A stretch of 63,080 bases of DNA, filler included, from GCF_002087085.1; 7 parts of 7 records of this genome joined end to end with filler, not necessarily neighbours in it; one strand, 5' to 3'; counted from the first letter of the whole stretch, positions 19,901 to 29,869 are shown. Translations and numbers: made by a program. The notes: generated by a model not told the origin, from the sequence alone.

Positions 19901-20000
19901 CAAACGCATGCAACTGTCAATTTTTTTGTCGTGCTTTTTGCTTACGCAAAAATCCTGCCAACCCTTCGGGACAAAATTGCAGCTGATGCGGGCGTTATAC
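19895..20000 (+). mobile_element. Integron attC site
   Basis: R'' ACATAAC overlapping the stop codon, 5-nt spacer, L'' CATGCAAC, imperfect palindromic centre, L' GCTGATG, 5-nt spacer, R' GTTATAC. Confidence 0.88.
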
Positions 20001-20026
20001 ACCACGATAGCAGGTTAAAAATAAAA

Positions 20027-20467
20027 ATGGAATTAAGAATACATCATATATTTGATATTATTAGAGATATAGGAAAAGGTAAAATACTCGAAAAACATGA
20101 ATATGGACATTCTTATCATATTATTGCTAAAAAAATATTAAATGAAGAGTTTGAAATAATTAAAATTGTTGTAAAGAGTGATGATGTATGTAGAGGCTGC
20201 GTAAAATTATATGATGGAAAATGTATAGATATTATTGATCATCGCAATGATTTTACAAAAAAAGATGAATTTAATAACTATTTAGACAATAGGATTATAA
20301 AAGTTCTAGAAATTAATAATTGCGATACTTTCACATTTAAAGAAATATTACAGCTGACTGAAGAATATCTAAAAAATATAGAATTTATTTATGAAGGTAA
20401 TGATATATTACATACTCAAGAAAGAAAAAAGAATGTAGAAAAAGGTATATTGAAATTAAAGAATTAA
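20027..20467 (+). CDS. DUF1284-like Cys/His metal-binding protein (cassette 2)
   Basis: LRIHH and DDVCRGC motifs; starts 27 nt after attC; AT-rich. Confidence 0.65.
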   Translation: MELRIHHIFDIIRDIGKGKILEKHEYGHSYHIIAKKILNEEFEIIKIVVKSDDVCRGCVKLYDGKCIDIIDHRNDFTKKDEFNNYLDNRIIKVLEINNCDTFTFKEILQLTEEYLKNIEFIYEGNDILHTQERKKNVEKGILKLKN

Positions 20468-20726
20468 GAAAGTTGGTGGAAAATGAATTATAGATATCGA
20501 ATCTATCTGTACAGAAATAGTATTCACCTGACAGTTGCCTCTTTATAAATATCTCTCTGAACAATAGTTTTCCATTGTTCCTGTCATTAGGTCATCGGTA
20601 GAGAGGGTTGCCGGTAGAAGAGATTCCCACGCGCCGGATTTTTCCACTTTCGGCAGTTTCTGTAATACAACAAATAGAGCTTGCAATAGTTACGTAATGG
20701 TTGTATTTTATAACCAAGGAGTGCTT

Positions 20727-21014
20727 ATGGCAAGTATTACGATACGAAACATACCAGATTCGATTTTAAGGCGCATTAGAACTTTATCCGAAATAGAAAA
20801 ACGCAGTATCAATAGTGAACTTCTGATACTGATAGAAAACGGCTTGAATAAGGAAATAGAAACCAAAGAAACAGGTACGCTTATTCTATCAAAGGAGAGT
20901 CAAATCAAAATGTGGGAAAGTATGTCAGGAACCTGGGAAGATATTCGCTCAACCGAGGAAATCATAGAAGATATCTACAGTCATAGAACAAAGGGGAGAG
21001 CGGTAGATCTATGA
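20727..21014 (+). CDS. Arc/FitA-like ribbon-helix-helix antitoxin
   Basis: MASITIRNIPD...KRSINSE; overlaps the PIN gene by ATGA. Confidence 0.85.
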   Translation: MASITIRNIPDSILRRIRTLSEIEKRSINSELLILIENGLNKEIETKETGTLILSKESQIKMWESMSGTWEDIRSTEEIIEDIYSHRTKGRAVDL

Positions 21015-21403
21015 TTTTGATAGATACCGATATATGTATCGAGTTACTACGAGGCAACAAAAAGGTTATAGAGAAACGAAAAGAAGAAAACGATACAATA
21101 GCAGTATCTTTCATGACTGTATCAGAACTCTATTATGGCGCGTACAAATCGAATAAACCTTCACATAATACTTCTTTGGTAGAAGAATTTATTCTGACGG
21201 TAAATGTAATCCAGAGTTCCCTTCGAATATCAAAGAGATTTGGTGATTTGAAGAGCAAACTACAAAGAGAAGGAATACTGATAGAGGACGCCGATATATT
21301 TTTAGCAGCAACATGCCTGGAGACTTGTGAAAAACTCATTACCGGAAATATAAAACATTACAATCGGATAGATGAGCTAAAAATAGAAAATTGGATAAGA
21401 TAA
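21011..21403 (+). CDS. vapC: VapC PIN-domain toxin
   Basis: MILIDTD, ELYYGA, DIFLAA and LITGNIKHY acidic PIN motifs. Confidence 0.92.
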   Translation: MILIDTDICIELLRGNKKVIEKRKEENDTIAVSFMTVSELYYGAYKSNKPSHNTSLVEEFILTVNVIQSSLRISKRFGDLKSKLQREGILIEDADIFLAATCLETCEKLITGNIKHYNRIDELKIENWIR

Positions 21404-21482
21404 GGGCAGCTCTAAAAACGTGGTATTTTTACCATAGTCAAAGAGGAAAGATTTTGTAGCGCCCGGAGGCGTGCCTCTTAGT

Positions 21483-21911
21483 CTATTTCCCGCGCAAGAA
21501 ACGGACAAGAACCTCGTCGTTTTCATTCAGCAGATGCAGTTCTTCTCCTTCGATGCGGTAGGAAACAGTACGTTCCAAAGCAAGAAAAAACATGTGCTCC
21601 CAGTCTGCCTCGGCACAGTAGCGCCGGGTGGAACCTGTCGGCCCCAGCGAGAGGCTGCCGTCATCCGCGGCACGATACTCGCCGAAAAAAAGATTACAGC
21701 CGGCAAAGCCGTTGAATTGACTTTTTTCCGTCCCGAACTGAATATACGGCACTTGATCCACCGTTGGAAAAGGAGCAGTGCGTCCGTCAAATTCCTGAAG
21801 GAGCCATGTTTCGCCTTCAAGAGGAACCGGAACAGAAACTATCCCCGCAGAATGCATACACGCGCCCAATATCAGGAATAAGAAAACGGAACCTGCAAAT
21901 AACTGCTTCAT
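21483..21911 (-). CDS. META domain (HslJ-like) lipoprotein
   Basis: Lipobox LGAC; GFAGCN and STRRYC. Confidence 0.85.
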   Translation of the reverse strand: MKQLFAGSVFLFLILGACMHSAGIVSVPVPLEGETWLLQEFDGRTAPFPTVDQVPYIQFGTEKSQFNGFAGCNLFFGEYRAADDGSLSLGPTGSTRRYCAEADWEHMFFLALERTVSYRIEGEELHLLNENDEVLVRFLRGK

Positions 21912-22038
21912 GCGAGAAACATTAGCACCCGGTACAACTCTTTTCAAGCATATCGTCAAAGCATGAGCTTGTTGACGGATACGTTTTTCACTAAAATCAA
22001 ATTACAGTCATGGTGCTCATAGGGGCAAGGAGAATTTT

Positions 22039-23289
22039 GTGATGAAAAACAGTGTTCCCGATATTGAATGGATCATAAAGCAGCGGACATCGAAAAACAC
22101 AGGGATTGCAAAGAAAATGTTCCCCCTTGAGGTATCCCGGACGGCCAGGAAGTTCCACCGGCAGATACCAGGCTACAAGATGAGCCCTCTACGAGCGCTG
22201 CCCAACCTGGCCCAGATGTTCGGAGTCGGAGGGATTCTGGTAAAGGACGAATCATTACGCCTGGAGCTCAACAGTTTCAAAGTTCTCGGCGGTTCCTTTG
22301 CGCTCTACCGTTTTATTCAGGAAAAAATCGGTATTGATGATAAACTGATGAACTTCGACTATCTTACATCCCAGGAAGTAACCGGAAAGCTCGGAGACCT
22401 TACCTTTGCCAGCGCTACCGACGGGAATCACGGCAGGGGACTTGCCTGGGCGGCTCAAAGGCTGGGTTTCAAGTGCGTTATTTATGTTCATTCCGGAACA
22501 AGTATTCGGCGTATCGATGCAATAAAGAGTTACGGCGCCCGGGTGGAGGTGATCACGGGTAATTACGATGACGCGGTGCGTCAGATTGTGGTCGATGCCG
22601 GGAAATACGGCTGGGAGATAATAAGCGACACCAGCTGGGAAGGATATACAAAGGTCCCGACCTGGATAATGCAGGGCTATACAACCATGACGGCGGAAAT
22701 TCAGGAGCAACTGAGCGCCCAGGGCCTGACCAAACCTAGCCATATTTTTGTGCAGGCCGGAGTCGGAGCATTAGCGGCGGCGGTTATCGGTTACTATCAC
22801 AGTCTGTTCGGTCAGGAGGCTCCCCGATGCATTGTCGTAGAACCGGAAAATGCGGCATGCCTTTACCACACGGCCCGGGTCGATGACGGAAGAATCCATT
22901 CCATCGACGGAAAACTCGACACCATCATGGCCGGCCTGGCCTGCGGCGAACCCAGTTCGATTGCCTGGGATGTTCTCAAGGACACCGCCGATGCTTTTGT
23001 GTCTGTTCCCGATTACATTGCCGCGCGAGGAATGCGGATATACGCCACCCCTCTGGCGGGAGACCCCTTTATCGTCAGCGGCGAGAGCGGAGCGGTTACC
23101 CTGGGAGCACTGGTCTCCATTCTAAAGGAAAACGGCGTGGAGGAGCTGCGGGATTTTCTGGGTATCGATGAAGACAGTCAGATCCTTTTTCTAAATACCG
23201 AAGGCAATACCGATCCCATACAGTTCCGGCGGATAATCTGGGACGGGAGCAAACCCGTGCCCCAGGAATACTGGATAGAAACGGATTAG
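22039..23289 (+). CDS. dpaL: Diaminopropionate ammonia-lyase
   Basis: VKDES.RLELNSFKVLGGS, ATDGNHGRG, SDTSWEGY and TIMAGLACGEP. Confidence 0.92.
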   Translation: MMKNSVPDIEWIIKQRTSKNTGIAKKMFPLEVSRTARKFHRQIPGYKMSPLRALPNLAQMFGVGGILVKDESLRLELNSFKVLGGSFALYRFIQEKIGIDDKLMNFDYLTSQEVTGKLGDLTFASATDGNHGRGLAWAAQRLGFKCVIYVHSGTSIRRIDAIKSYGARVEVITGNYDDAVRQIVVDAGKYGWEIISDTSWEGYTKVPTWIMQGYTTMTAEIQEQLSAQGLTKPSHIFVQAGVGALAAAVIGYYHSLFGQEAPRCIVVEPENAACLYHTARVDDGRIHSIDGKLDTIMAGLACGEPSSIAWDVLKDTADAFVSVPDYIAARGMRIYATPLAGDPFIVSGESGAVTLGALVSILKENGVEELRDFLGIDEDSQILFLNTEGNTDPIQFRRIIWDGSKPVPQEYWIETD

Positions 23290-23427
23290 TTTCCCGTGGA
23301 TGGACAAGCTGCACGGAAAAGAGAGTATATGCCGAACATGAGCGTACAAATTTCCGCCGGTGAACTTGTTTGATTTCTGCGGGCTATTCGCACTATAATT
23401 AAGGGGAATCCATTACAAAGAGGGTGC

Positions 23428-24006
23428 GTGATAAAAAGACTGTTTATCTGTATTCTGGTTTTTGTCCTGGCGGGATCGGTGTATTCCCAGGGCCTCTATT
23501 TCGACATCGGCTTCGGCCTGGGCAGTGCAACAACTGAAATCGACGGTGAGGATGTTGGCGATTCCCTTGGATCAGGCGTCGACGAGGTTGGCGTTGATCT
23601 GGGGCTCAAGGTCGGGTATGGTCCGATCGCCGGGATGCCGCTCTACATTGCCGGAACCCTGGAAGGTATTGGACACCGCTTTGATGACGGTACCAATTAC
23701 ATACAGTTCAACTCCTATCTTCTCGGACCAAGCCTTATTGTATATCCGATACCCCTTATACAGATCGCGGGTTCCATAGGTCACTCGTGGGTATCCAATC
23801 AAAGCGATTTACCCATAAGTTTCCATGACAGCGAATCAGGGTTTGCCGGTGATCTCTCCGTTGCGCTGGACTTGGGACAAAAAAATCACGGTTTCCTTCT
23901 GGGGCTTAAGTATTTCACCTCGACAAATACCCTTGAAACAAGTAAAGCGGAACAGAATTCATCGATGCTGAGTATTTTCGTTAAATACGCCTATCGGCAC
24001 AAATAA
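23428..24006 (+). CDS. Small outer-membrane beta-barrel protein
   Basis: Signal peptide followed by about eight amphipathic Gly/aromatic strands. Confidence 0.65.
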   Translation: MIKRLFICILVFVLAGSVYSQGLYFDIGFGLGSATTEIDGEDVGDSLGSGVDEVGVDLGLKVGYGPIAGMPLYIAGTLEGIGHRFDDGTNYIQFNSYLLGPSLIVYPIPLIQIAGSIGHSWVSNQSDLPISFHDSESGFAGDLSVALDLGQKNHGFLLGLKYFTSTNTLETSKAEQNSSMLSIFVKYAYRHK

Positions 24007-24015
24007 TCCTGATTA

Positions 24016-24210
24016 GCGGCTGCTTCGATCATGACGATGGTCGAACCGGTTACCGCATCATTGTTTGGAGTCGTGGTTCTACAGGAACGCCTGGTCGCTA
24101 CGCAGATTTTCGGTATGAGACTTATTCTGGTCACCGTTACTGGTCTCTGTATCTTTTCACGCCAGCGCCGGTCATTTTACGATCGAAAAACCTCCCCGAT
24201 GTCACCGTAA
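24016..24210 (+). pseudogene. 3' remnant of an EamA/DMT transporter
   Basis: Translates to AAASIMTMVEPVTASLFGVVVLQERLVATQIFGMRLILVTV; the 5' part is absent. Confidence 0.7.
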
Positions 24211-24332
24211 TTTTCTCTTTCTCCGTTCCGGGAACTGCATTGACAAGAAGGCGAAAAGCAGGGGTATCTTAAGTACTGACCATCAAATTCGGGACGGAAT
24301 ATGAAGCATATCAAAAAAAACAGCATTACATA

Positions 24333-25103
24333 ATGGAAGGAAAGATGACGGAATTGGAATTATTAATAGACTTTCACAAAGACGCGGAAAGACAGGGCCC
24401 AGGCAGTACTGCGGATACCCTGCGGGCATTGAGTTTTATCGACCTGAATCGGAACAGTCCATTGAAGGTCGCGGACATCGGCTGCGGTTCAGGAGCCCAG
24501 ACCATTATCCTGGCACAAAATATTGCAGGCCGCATTACGGCCGTCGATTTGTTTCCCGAGTTTCTGGACAGGCTGCGACAAAAATCTGCAGGCCTGGGTC
24601 TGCAGGACAAAATTACCCCGCTGAAAGCCTCGATGGAGGATTTGTCTTTCGGCCGCGAGGAATACGATATTATCTGGTCGGAAGGCGCAATCTACAACAT
24701 CGGTTTCGAGAAGGGTATAAAATATTGGAAATCTTTCCTGAAACCCGGCGGTTACCTGGCGCTAAGCGAACTTACCTGGATCACCAACTCGCGGCCCCGG
24801 GAGATCGAGGAACACTGGAACAGGGAATACCCGGAGATTGATACCGCTTCAGGCAAGATCAGAATTCTGGAGGAAAACGGTTTTTCTCCTGCTGGGTATT
24901 TCCCTTTACCCCGGAGCAGCTGGATCGATAACTATTATGAACCGATGGAAGAGCGCTTCGAAGATTTCCTTATACGACATGGGAATTCCGAAGCTGCGAT
25001 GAGGATTGTGGATGCCGAAAAGGAGGAAATACGAAAATACAGGAAGTACAAGAATTACTTTAGTTACGGTTTTTATGTAGCGAAGAAACTGCCGGGAGAA
25101 TAA
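24333..25103 (+). CDS. Class I SAM-dependent methyltransferase
   Basis: RQGPGS, ADIGCGSG, IIWSEGAIY and LKPGG. Confidence 0.92.
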   Translation: MEGKMTELELLIDFHKDAERQGPGSTADTLRALSFIDLNRNSPLKVADIGCGSGAQTIILAQNIAGRITAVDLFPEFLDRLRQKSAGLGLQDKITPLKASMEDLSFGREEYDIIWSEGAIYNIGFEKGIKYWKSFLKPGGYLALSELTWITNSRPREIEEHWNREYPEIDTASGKIRILEENGFSPAGYFPLPRSSWIDNYYEPMEERFEDFLIRHGNSEAAMRIVDAEKEEIRKYRKYKNYFSYGFYVAKKLPGE

Positions 25104-25134
25104 AAATAACTGATTTCTGATAGTAATTAAAAGG

Positions 25135-26172
25135 ATGTACCGAATGTACGACGTTGTAATTGTCGGTGGAGGACCTTCCGGCGCCACCCTGGCCAGATTG
25201 ATTGATCAGAGTAAATCTGTGCTGATTATTGAGAAAACTGATGAAAAATCTATTTCAAAGCTGTGCGGAGGGTTAATTGCCCCCGATGCTCAGAGAATGC
25301 TGGGAAAATTCGGGCTATTTCTGCCGAAAAAGGTTCTCGTCGATCCTCAAATGTTCTATGTTGAATCATATGACCTGGAAACAAAAAACAAACAAAGATA
25401 TCAACGGTTTTATCTAAATATTAACAGAAAAGATTTTGACAACTGGCTCCTGAAACTTGTCGACAGGAATGTATCCATATCAAGAAACACAAAATATCTT
25501 TCTCATGAATATTCCGGGGATAGTATTACAATACAAATAGAAAAGAATGGTAAAAGGGATTTTGTAGAATCCAAAATTCTTGTGGGCGCCGACGGTTCGC
25601 AGTCGCAAGTACGCAGGAAAACCTTCAATGATTTCAGATATATAACCAAATATATATCTATTCAGTCTGAAATAGTCGGCGGTGTGATTCTTCCCTGCTA
25701 TGAGGTCTATTTTGACAGAGGATTAACCGACTTTTATGGATGGACAATCCCAAAAAACGGAACAAATATTATCGGCATCGCCTTACAGGGAAAGGATGCC
25801 AGAGAAAAATACGAAAGATATTTGAAAAATGTGCTTGGGAATAACTTTCAGGAAGTATCACGAAGATCAACGGTAATAATACGCCCAAGAAGATTGAATG
25901 ATCATAAAACAGACAAGGACAATCGGGTTTTCCTTATTGGTGAAGCTGCTGGTTTTATCAGCCCCAGTTCAGCTGAAGGCCTCAGTTATGCGTTCAGAAG
26001 CGCGGAGGCGCTGGCAGCCTCCATTAATAGTGGAAAGAATACCGGAAAAGATTATAGAAAGAGATCACTTAGAATCAAGTTCAACCTGTTCATGAAGAAC
26101 ATAAAGAGCATATTCATGTATACTAAATTCCTGCGAAACCTGATTTTCAAATTGGGCATCAGAAAATTGTAG
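25135..26172 (+). CDS. cbrA: CbrA-like FAD-dependent oxidoreductase (geranylgeranyl reductase family)
   Basis: GGGPSG, CGGLIAPDAQ, DPQMF and GEAAGFISPSS.EG, as recalled for E. coli CbrA/YidS. Confidence 0.75.
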   Translation: MYRMYDVVIVGGGPSGATLARLIDQSKSVLIIEKTDEKSISKLCGGLIAPDAQRMLGKFGLFLPKKVLVDPQMFYVESYDLETKNKQRYQRFYLNINRKDFDNWLLKLVDRNVSISRNTKYLSHEYSGDSITIQIEKNGKRDFVESKILVGADGSQSQVRRKTFNDFRYITKYISIQSEIVGGVILPCYEVYFDRGLTDFYGWTIPKNGTNIIGIALQGKDAREKYERYLKNVLGNNFQEVSRRSTVIIRPRRLNDHKTDKDNRVFLIGEAAGFISPSSAEGLSYAFRSAEALAASINSGKNTGKDYRKRSLRIKFNLFMKNIKSIFMYTKFLRNLIFKLGIRKL

Positions 26173-26224
26173 CCTTTACAGACAGTCTAAGGATGATCTT
26201 CTGAATAACAGGAGCGGTATGTAG

Positions 26225-26932
26225 ATGGACCTTGACGGAATATACGACGGGTTATATAACGGATCGGTACGTAAGATTTCTAACAGCTGCTACACGATTG
26301 ATGATCTGATAAATTCTCCCAATGACACAAGACGCGGTATATCCTTGATATTCCGACCTTCATCTTCAGTACGGAAGGAGATATCACGATTTTTAGACAC
26401 GCTACAGCAGCTTGACCCGAACCAGTACTATTATCCTGAATCTGACATGCATGTAACCATCTTATCCATTGTTTCCTGTTATCCTGAGTTCAACGTCGCA
26501 AGCATCCATATACCGGCCTACATTAATCTTCTTCAGAAAGCGATCTCCGATGCAAAAGGTTTTACCCTTCATTTCAGGGGAATCACCGCATCACCGTCGT
26601 GTGTCATGATTCGTGGCTTTCCAGAAAATAATACACTGAATGACTTGAGAAACAATCTTCGATCAATCTTTAAAATGTCATCCCTGGAACATTCCATCGA
26701 CAAAAGATATGAATTGCAGACTGCCCATTCAACGGTGCTTCGATTCAGGGACAGAATATCCGACATATCGAGGTTTCTGGAAATTCTGGAATCGTATAAG
26801 GATTTTTATTTTGGTTCCTGCACAGTTGATTCTCTGGAGTTTGTCGTGAATGACTGGTACCTGCGCAAAAGGAATACGGAAAAGTTGTTCAGTTTTTCTT
26901 TACCTCCGGGCGGAGATCAGTTGATTGAATAA
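26225..26932 (+). CDS. 2H phosphoesterase (2'-5' RNA ligase superfamily)
   Basis: Two HxT motifs, MHVTI and AHSTV. Confidence 0.8.
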   Translation: MDLDGIYDGLYNGSVRKISNSCYTIDDLINSPNDTRRGISLIFRPSSSVRKEISRFLDTLQQLDPNQYYYPESDMHVTILSIVSCYPEFNVASIHIPAYINLLQKAISDAKGFTLHFRGITASPSCVMIRGFPENNTLNDLRNNLRSIFKMSSLEHSIDKRYELQTAHSTVLRFRDRISDISRFLEILESYKDFYFGSCTVDSLEFVVNDWYLRKRNTEKLFSFSLPPGGDQLIE

Positions 26933-28239
26933 CGCCAGACTCCAATATCCCTGTTTCCGCCGGCTTCAGAAAAATCACCCCCCACAATTATTCGTCCTGC
27001 TGAATCAATACCAACAGTATTCCCGGTAGCTTTTGTCCCCCGGGATGCTGAAATGATCCCGTTCTCTCCGAAACTATCCGTCATGTTTCCCCATTCATCA
27101 AACAGAAAAAGCGCCATTTTCTGAACATCATCGATACCGGTTATAAAACCGCTGGCGAGAATCCTGCCTCCCGAAAAGGGTATCAGGTCATAAATACCAT
27201 CGTTTTCATCGGCATGATCATAGAGTACAAAACCATTGCTGCCGAAGTCGGCATCAGGAGTGCCGTCGGGAAGGTACCGCAGCAGATACAGATCATAGCC
27301 CCTCGAAGAAGGGACTCCGAAACCGCCTGCGGTTATTCTGTTCTGACTGTCGACAGTCAGGGCAAATATTTCGTCAAAATTGCCGGCATCATAGACTGCA
27401 ACCCCGTCGCCGTCAAAAGAACTGTCAGGCTGACCATCTGGCAGGTATCGCCATACCGCTATGTCTGAATCCGTTCCGTTCCAGCTTCGTCCGGCTGCGA
27501 CTATACGGCCGCTTGAATCGGTCGAAACGGCAAAGGAAATGTCTTCGCCGTCTCCCCCGGCCGCGCTGTTGTCTGTCACAAATCCTTCAGGATCGTTGAA
27601 CGCAGTATCTGGATCCCCCCCGGCGCTGACACGCCAGACTGCAAGGTCGATTTGTGATCCATCGGCGGTACTCCCCGCCAGAATGATATTAGCGGTCTCA
27701 TCCGGAACCATCGCCTTTGAACGCTCGTCATTTCCTCCGATATCGAGACTGGATGTTCCGTTTGTCCCGAAGCTGTTATCCAGGGTTCCGTCGGAATTAA
27801 AACGCCAGAGCGCAGCATCATAGTCTCCGCCATTATCTCGTTCCCCGCCAACCAGGATACTCCCGTCATCCAGTACACGTATGTCTCTTCCAATTGAAAA
27901 AACTGCTTCAAGATACACTCCGTTATCCGCAAAGCTGGTATCAAGCTCACCATCATGGCGTAATCTGGCGGTATACATGACGTAACCGCCGGTGACGCTT
28001 CTTGACCCTGTAATAAGTATTCTGTCCTGTGTGTCTCCTGCAATGCCGTTCAGATATTCGCTGGTCCCGATCCCCGCACCCAGGTCCGGACTGGTAAATC
28101 CGCTGTTCCCGAAGCCTGAGTCCGGCTGCCACGCTGATGCTGAAAACTCCGCAGCTCCGGGATGACAAGCGGATAGAAGGAGCAGCCCGATACCAGCCAG
28201 GAGATACACCAGTAATCCGGGTCCCTCACCTGTCTTCAT
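26917..28239 (-). CDS. Delta-60 repeat (DUF5122) beta-propeller lipoprotein
   Basis: Lipobox LSAC; repeated RxxxDGxxDxSFGxxG and DxxGRIxxxG units. Confidence 0.85.
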   Translation of the reverse strand: MKTGEGPGLLVYLLAGIGLLLLSACHPGAAEFSASAWQPDSGFGNSGFTSPDLGAGIGTSEYLNGIAGDTQDRILITGSRSVTGGYVMYTARLRHDGELDTSFADNGVYLEAVFSIGRDIRVLDDGSILVGGERDNGGDYDAALWRFNSDGTLDNSFGTNGTSSLDIGGNDERSKAMVPDETANIILAGSTADGSQIDLAVWRVSAGGDPDTAFNDPEGFVTDNSAAGGDGEDISFAVSTDSSGRIVAAGRSWNGTDSDIAVWRYLPDGQPDSSFDGDGVAVYDAGNFDEIFALTVDSQNRITAGGFGVPSSRGYDLYLLRYLPDGTPDADFGSNGFVLYDHADENDGIYDLIPFSGGRILASGFITGIDDVQKMALFLFDEWGNMTDSFGENGIISASRGTKATGNTVGIDSAGRIIVGGDFSEAGGNRDIGVWRYSIN

Positions 28240-28376
28240 TTTTTCTATTCTCCCTTTTCTCCCTTTGGGACGTTCTTATATGACTTAATAACTAATATAA
28301 CAGCAGATAATGTGAGAGAATAGCAAAAGAGGGTTTTATCAGGCTATAATAATCAGAACACACAGAAAAGGTGCCT

Positions 28377-29060
28377 ATGAAAACATACGAACTGGTATTT
28401 ATTGACGCGGATGATACGCTTTTTGATTACCGAAAGGCTGAAAAAGAGGCCTTGTCCGGGGCATTTCAATCCCATGATATTTCAATCAATGATGAAATAA
28501 TCAAAAGCTATGGAAGCATAAATAAGGAGCTTTGGAGAAAATACGAAAAGAATGAAATTACCCAGGAAGCCTTGAGAACTGAACGCTTCAGGCTGCTTTT
28601 CAACGATCTATCCCTGACAATAGACCACGCGAGCTTCAGTGAAATCTATCTTGATTTTCTATCCAATTCCGCTGTCCTGATGGAAAACGCAGATACAATC
28701 TGCAGGTATCTTCATGAAAACTATACAACCGTAATAATAACGAACGGGATCAGCAAGGTTCAGCGAAACAGGTTCGACAAGTCGCCGATCAGGGACTGCT
28801 TTGATTACCTGGTTATTTCTGAAGAAGCCGGCTGCAACAAACCTCATATCGGTATTTTCGAGTACGCCGAGCAGATAACAGGCTTCAGCGACAGGGAAAA
28901 AATGATCATTGTCGGAGATTCCCTGACCTCGGACATCGCAGGGGGAATCAATTACGGCATTGATACCTGTTGGCTGAATCTCCACGGAACAGACAATACA
29001 AAGGGGATTCAGCCTACCTACTCTGTTTCTAACCTGTTGGAATTAAGGAATATACTCTGA
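28377..29060 (+). CDS. yjjG: YjjG family HAD pyrimidine nucleotidase
   Basis: DADDTLFD, ITNG, KP and VGDSLTSDIAGG. Confidence 0.88.
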   Translation: MKTYELVFIDADDTLFDYRKAEKEALSGAFQSHDISINDEIIKSYGSINKELWRKYEKNEITQEALRTERFRLLFNDLSLTIDHASFSEIYLDFLSNSAVLMENADTICRYLHENYTTVIITNGISKVQRNRFDKSPIRDCFDYLVISEEAGCNKPHIGIFEYAEQITGFSDREKMIIVGDSLTSDIAGGINYGIDTCWLNLHGTDNTKGIQPTYSVSNLLELRNIL

Positions 29061-29164
29061 AAAGTATTGAGCCGACCGTTACTTCGGAATTCAGGCTTTA
29101 CATTTGCCGCATCCTGGATTCTTGTGGTACATTGGTACTGTAAATTCTGTTGGGATATTTCAGG

Positions 29165-29869
29165 ATGAACGACACACTATTAATTATATTATACTCGAGC
29201 GCCGCAGGACTGCCGATTTTTATCGGCGGACTGATATCCAGTTTGTTTCAGGCCCATAATACAGTACTCAAGGATGAGATCAATCATTGGATCGTAGCCT
29301 TCGGCGGTGGCGCACTGATGTCTGCCATAGCCTTTGCTCTGATTCCCAAGGCCTTGCACGAGCTGCCATCCGGTTTGATTATTGTTGTTTTCCTTGCCGG
29401 AACCTTTTCTTTTATGGGTCTGGATATGCTTAGTACCAGAATTGGCGGTTCCATCGCACAGGTTGTGTCGATGATGATGGACTTTATCCCCGAAGCCCTT
29501 GCCCTGGGGGCCTCGTTTGCCTATGACCATAAATTCGGATTATTGCTCGCGATCTTCATAGGTCTGCAGAATTTGCCCGAGGGTTTTAACTCGTATGTCG
29601 AGCTGAGAGAAAAGATGAGAAGGCGCTCAGTTCTTGCACTGCTGCTTGCCTTGAGCACTGTCGGAATAGTCGCCTCCCTTACAGGAGAGATGTTACTGAA
29701 GGATAACCTCAAGGTTATCCATTCCATCATGCTCCTTGCAGGCGGCGGTATTCTCTATCTTATTTTTCAGGATATTGCACCCATGTCAAAACGAAAGAAC
29801 GACTGGGTCCCGGCAACCGGTGCATGTGTCGGTTTTCTCATCGGTATGCTGGGGGACAAAATTCTCTGA
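29165..29869 (+). CDS. ZIP family divalent metal transporter
   Basis: DFIPEALALG and QNLPEGF; multi-TM. Confidence 0.85.
   Translation: MNDTLLIILYSSAAGLPIFIGGLISSLFQAHNTVLKDEINHWIVAFGGGALMSAIAFALIPKALHELPSGLIIVVFLAGTFSFMGLDMLSTRIGGSIAQVVSMMMDFIPEALALGASFAYDHKFGLLLAIFIGLQNLPEGFNSYVELREKMRRRSVLALLLALSTVGIVASLTGEMLLKDNLKVIHSIMLLAGGGILYLIFQDIAPMSKRKNDWVPATGACVGFLIGMLGDKIL

Noticed and set aside
19931..20026. N-terminal extension of the 178-aa ORF
   Set aside because: It runs through the attC site; the likely start is ATG 20027.
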